64,000 nucleotides of DNA from Balanoglossus misakiensis (taxonomy: Eukaryota; Animalia; Hemichordata): positions 13,147,129 to 13,211,128 of the forward strand of contig CM082576.2 in the NCBI GenBank assembly GCA_040954595.2, in the 5' to 3' direction. Under the pieces are notes generated by a model. It was not told the origin of the DNA. It did no database searches and was given only the letters and a program-made list of their open reading frames with translations. Shown in pieces: positions 1-64,000 of this stretch. Each line of letters begins with the position of its first letter. Position 1 is the first letter of the stretch. Made by a program: the position numbers and the translations under genes.

Positions 1-1099
1 CATGGTTCTCCCCAGAAGTGAAGATGTGTAGAAATCCACAATGAAAGAAGAATTTTTCTAGGCTGAGTGTATTCTTGAACGTTATTTCAGCAGGGCAGCG
101 AGAGAGGAAGTAATGTCATTTTCAACATGGAAGTGCCTCCAGAGAGTGAGAGTAACTGACCAAAACACCTGCCCGGTTGGAAATGGCTGGCATTTCGGAA
201 ATTGAAATTTCCACAATGGAAGACCTAAGCCTGAGGAAGTAAAAACAAAATTGCTACGCGCAGCATGTCGCTGAAGAGTGAATTACAACCAGGAAACTGT
301 GCCAGAGAATGAGCTGACATCGATAACTGATGCGATGACCCACATATGTACATGTACAACGATATGTGTCAACAATGATTGGCATGTCACTGGTCACTGG
401 CATATAAGCCAGCATAGTAGTGTTGAAGTTGCATATGTGCTGGTTTGACCTCTATTTTGGGTGAAACTGCTTTTGTAGAAATTTAATCGTTACTCATGTA
501 CTGAAGCTTACACTGGTGGCAAATAAAAGTTGATCATAAAACCTCTCCTGGTCAGTTGTTTGTCATGTGACTTGAAACATTGTAGCATTGCTATTATGTT
601 AATATCTGATATGCTGCAAAATTTGGAGAGAAAAAAGTTTGTTTTTTTCCTACCTAAGTTCAACTTTCAAGGACAAACTGATATAAAACTGTAATTCATA
701 ATCATATATTTTGTCTAGAATTTAAAACACTAGTAGTTTGCTGTTCTGCAGCAACCTGAATTTTCTTCCCCATCAAATGCCACTTATCTGCTTATTGTTT
801 TCAAACCTTTAGGGCAATTTAAAACAAATGGTTAGATTTGCTTTTTGTCAGAGTTATTAAAAACATTGACTGATTTCCTTTTCCTGGATGAGGACATATT
901 TTCAGAAGTATATAATACATCGATGACCCGGCCACATACGTTTATGCACGGAAGATGGGAGGAGGGGGTTTCCAAGGTCATGGTCAAACCGGAGGAGACA
1001 CCTGGAGGTCCGAGTGGATTGCAGTTTCAGATTATCATACACGTGAAAGTCGTGGTAAAGTAAAGTTATGGGCTGTAGGGATAGCTAGAACGGGGACTT

Positions 1100-1351
1100 T
1101 TGTTCCACCTTTTGCGGGAAAATCCGTTTACGCATGCATTGCCCAGCACACGAACGTCATCGACACACGCAAAACACAGCGACAGTTCGTTTACCTTTAG
1201 TTGGGTACGTGACCTGGTGACCTCGTTGAACGGAGTCTTCGAGAGGTCAGCCTGAGATTATCAAAGAACAAAATGGCTGCGTACATGCATACAGTCGGCT
1301 GCTTTGGTTAGAGAATGTTTCAAGGAATATGCTGGTTTTAATGACACAATA
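1100..1351 (+). promoter_or_regulatory. Probable LYST promoter / 5' leader
   Basis: CpG-richer stretch just upstream of exon 1; YY1-like AAAATGGCTGC at 1270-1280; TSS not determinable from sequence. Confidence 0.45.
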
Positions 1352-61567
<60,216 letters not shown>

Positions 61568-63716
61568 TTAAAGGACACTGTGGGTGGACCACCTTGATGA
61601 GTCACCTTCGGCCTTTAACCTATGACCTCCAAGGCAGGATAGGGCTTGATATTTTTCAGATATGATGAAGAAATGACCTTGTTTGAAAAGGTCATTAAAA
61701 TGACTTGTGTATAGATCACAGATTAATCTAAATATACACTTTAACAGAACATGCATGGGTTCATGAGAGGGTGAGGTGCATCAGCATGACAACAACTGAG
61801 TCTTAAAATAATGAAACATATTTAAAATTAATGTGATGCAACACTTGAAATTGTACATTATTGTAAATTATTATTATTGTCTTGTGTATATTTAAAAATG
61901 AGTATCGTCACGCGCATATAAAATATGTTCCTGATGTGTTCTGTACAGGAAAAAATCTAAGATGGCAGAAATGAAGTCTCTTTATGATATGAGCAGAAAG
62001 TGGCTGAGATTTGCCACTACACTTACTTGTTGACATTTACAGGATATTTCGGGGGGAAAAGAAATGAAGGAACTGTTTCTTTTCAGCCCATTTTTCCTTG
62101 GTTTTTGTGGAAATGTTGAGAGAACCAAAGCAGCTGATTGGAGAGAGAGAGAAAGAGCGAGAGGGGGAGGGAGGGGGGCCATCCAGAAACTGCCAAAGAC
62201 AACTGCCCAAACTTGAGTGCATTATTTACATTTTTGATGATGTGAGAGATTGTAGTTGTTTGGCAGAGTGTGTACGGTGATTGTGACTGGCTGGCAGTTG
62301 TGGTGTGTTCAAGTTCTTGTCTACTGCAATTACAAGAACATCAACTGTAATATAGGACAGTAACCAAATTTGTCAGTTTTTTTATTTGAGAGTTGAGAGA
62401 AAGTCTAAAGATGTTACGTTTGTATGTTATTGTTGTAAAGAGCTTATGTGTTGTTTGATTTTTGGAACCCCAAGGCCTGTAGGCCGATCGGGCCCTATTG
62501 GTATTTTCCTCCTTATTTCTGTTCCATGTTTTGTATGTCTCTGTAACAACAATGCATTACTGTGATATATGGCATTGTTTACAGCAGCCTAACCATTGCC
62601 ATGCAAGTTTGCAAGCTGTGGATAGTTTCCATGGTTATAGTACCCTGAGCACATTGCAAAATATCGTACTTTTTGCTGTAAACAAAATTCTTTTAAAATA
62701 TGCAGGACTGCTGCATAGCAAGTTTAGCTTCAGATTTTTACTAGATCCGAGTATCAAAAATGCAGTTCAATTTTTTTTTTTACATTTTGTATTTTACTAG
62801 ATATTAAGAATACCATGCAGCAAAATTATCAAACAGTACCTAATATAATTACAGGGGTGATAATGCTACATGTCTACTATGAAAGATGTTTGATTTGGCT
62901 GTCAAATGCGAAAAATTAATGAAACTATGCAGCTACCAGAGAAAATTTTATGATGCAGTTTTTCTTGCAAGACTTAATTCTGTGATGTTTTGTTTTTTGA
63001 AAACCCCTATGGATTTTGTGGCGTAATTTTGGTGTGTGCAGGACATACACTCATGATCAGTGCAACCTGTAATATTTTTTGGCAAATTAACATAATTTCT
63101 GGTTGTCGCGCAAATAATCTCCAGTGGCAACTCGTATAAATTAATTGTGCCATATTTGTTCCCCAGTTCTGAGTTCAACTTTGTTTATATATTACATGTA
63201 TATATGCAATGATTGGAGCGTGTTTTTGTATGTGCGTGTGTGTTGATTGTGAAGGCGGGCATGTGAAGTTTGTATGTTCAGGTATTCCTCAATGTTGACT
63301 GAGCAGTGTCTCAATTTACAATCTGAGAAGTCTGAAATATCCACACTAGTTGTCACAGCTGATGAGAAAGCAGATTTTCGTCGCATGATCATCCCAGCGA
63401 ATTTGGGTAAAAAACCAGCTCACCTGATTAAGTATTTATGCCGTCAGTATAGGCCTTTGATTTGGCCGGTTATCAGTCATGTGATCATTCAAGTCTGCGA
63501 TGTGTTCGCTTGATTTGATTTTTGTCGTACGAGTACAAAAGCTGCTTCTAGTGCAATAGACAGGAGCAAACACACGCGTGAAAATCAAAGATGGGGAATG
63601 TTCATTAATTTTGAAATGAGCCTTTTGTTCTTTGTCATCCCAAATATGGTTGTTCATACTTACTTTGTTGTATATGGTTTAAAGCACGTGGTGCTATTAT
63701 TAAATAGTGAAAAAGT

Positions 63717-63722
63717 AATAAA
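63717..63722 (+). promoter_or_regulatory. Candidate poly(A) signal (would imply ~2.2-kb 3' UTR)
   Basis: AATAAA, with ATTAAA at 63699 and U-rich sequence downstream; end of UTR unverified. Confidence 0.3.
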
Positions 63723-64000
63723 GTTTATTTTAAAGAGAATTGGAGGGTTTATGACTCGCTGAAATCGTGGCATTATTTCTTGGCTCTTGGAGCATATACA
63801 TTGGTTGGATTCCCATGAGGCATCAGTAGAAGTCTCTAGCTTCACAGGTAGACTACAAAATTTTATGGAAGAATCTAATGGCTAAACATCCTAGCCTACA
63901 TAATAGCATGTGACTGCTACCAATTTCAGAAGTGTTCTCTTGGTTCTGGAACAAGCATTTTTCTGCCAAAAACCCCAAGACGTTAAGTGTCATTTGTGAA

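Overview
Eukaryotic (animal) genomic DNA, not prokaryotic. Almost the whole window is one + strand multi-exon gene, a lysosomal trafficking regulator (LYST/CHS1/Beige) orthologue. I traced 49 coding exons by hand from ATG 1352 to TAA 61565-61567. All exon junctions are phase-consistent, giving 11,856 nt of CDS and about 3,951 aa, with the layout ARM/HEAT-like region, ConA-like domain, PH, BEACH, WD40. Splice sites are GT-AG except one GC-AG intron. There is a 3.2-kb giant exon and two ~12-kb 5' introns. The model has about 80 N-terminal residues, on three small exons, upstream of the region matching the human LYST start. The introns hold several non-autonomous DNA transposon (MITE) families: a young 161-bp-TIR foldback, TTAA-flanked Kolobok-like and piggyBac-like elements, and a 9-bp-TSD element. 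They also hold microsatellites and a strongly over-represented TACATGTA motif. A marine invertebrate deuterostome host is a plausible inference only. I found no convincing new multi-gene system. The best leads are the N-terminal extension with a chained uORF leader, a repeat whose internal hairpin is inverted between copies, and several candidate alternative-splicing features. Comparisons to human LYST are from memory and need database confirmation.
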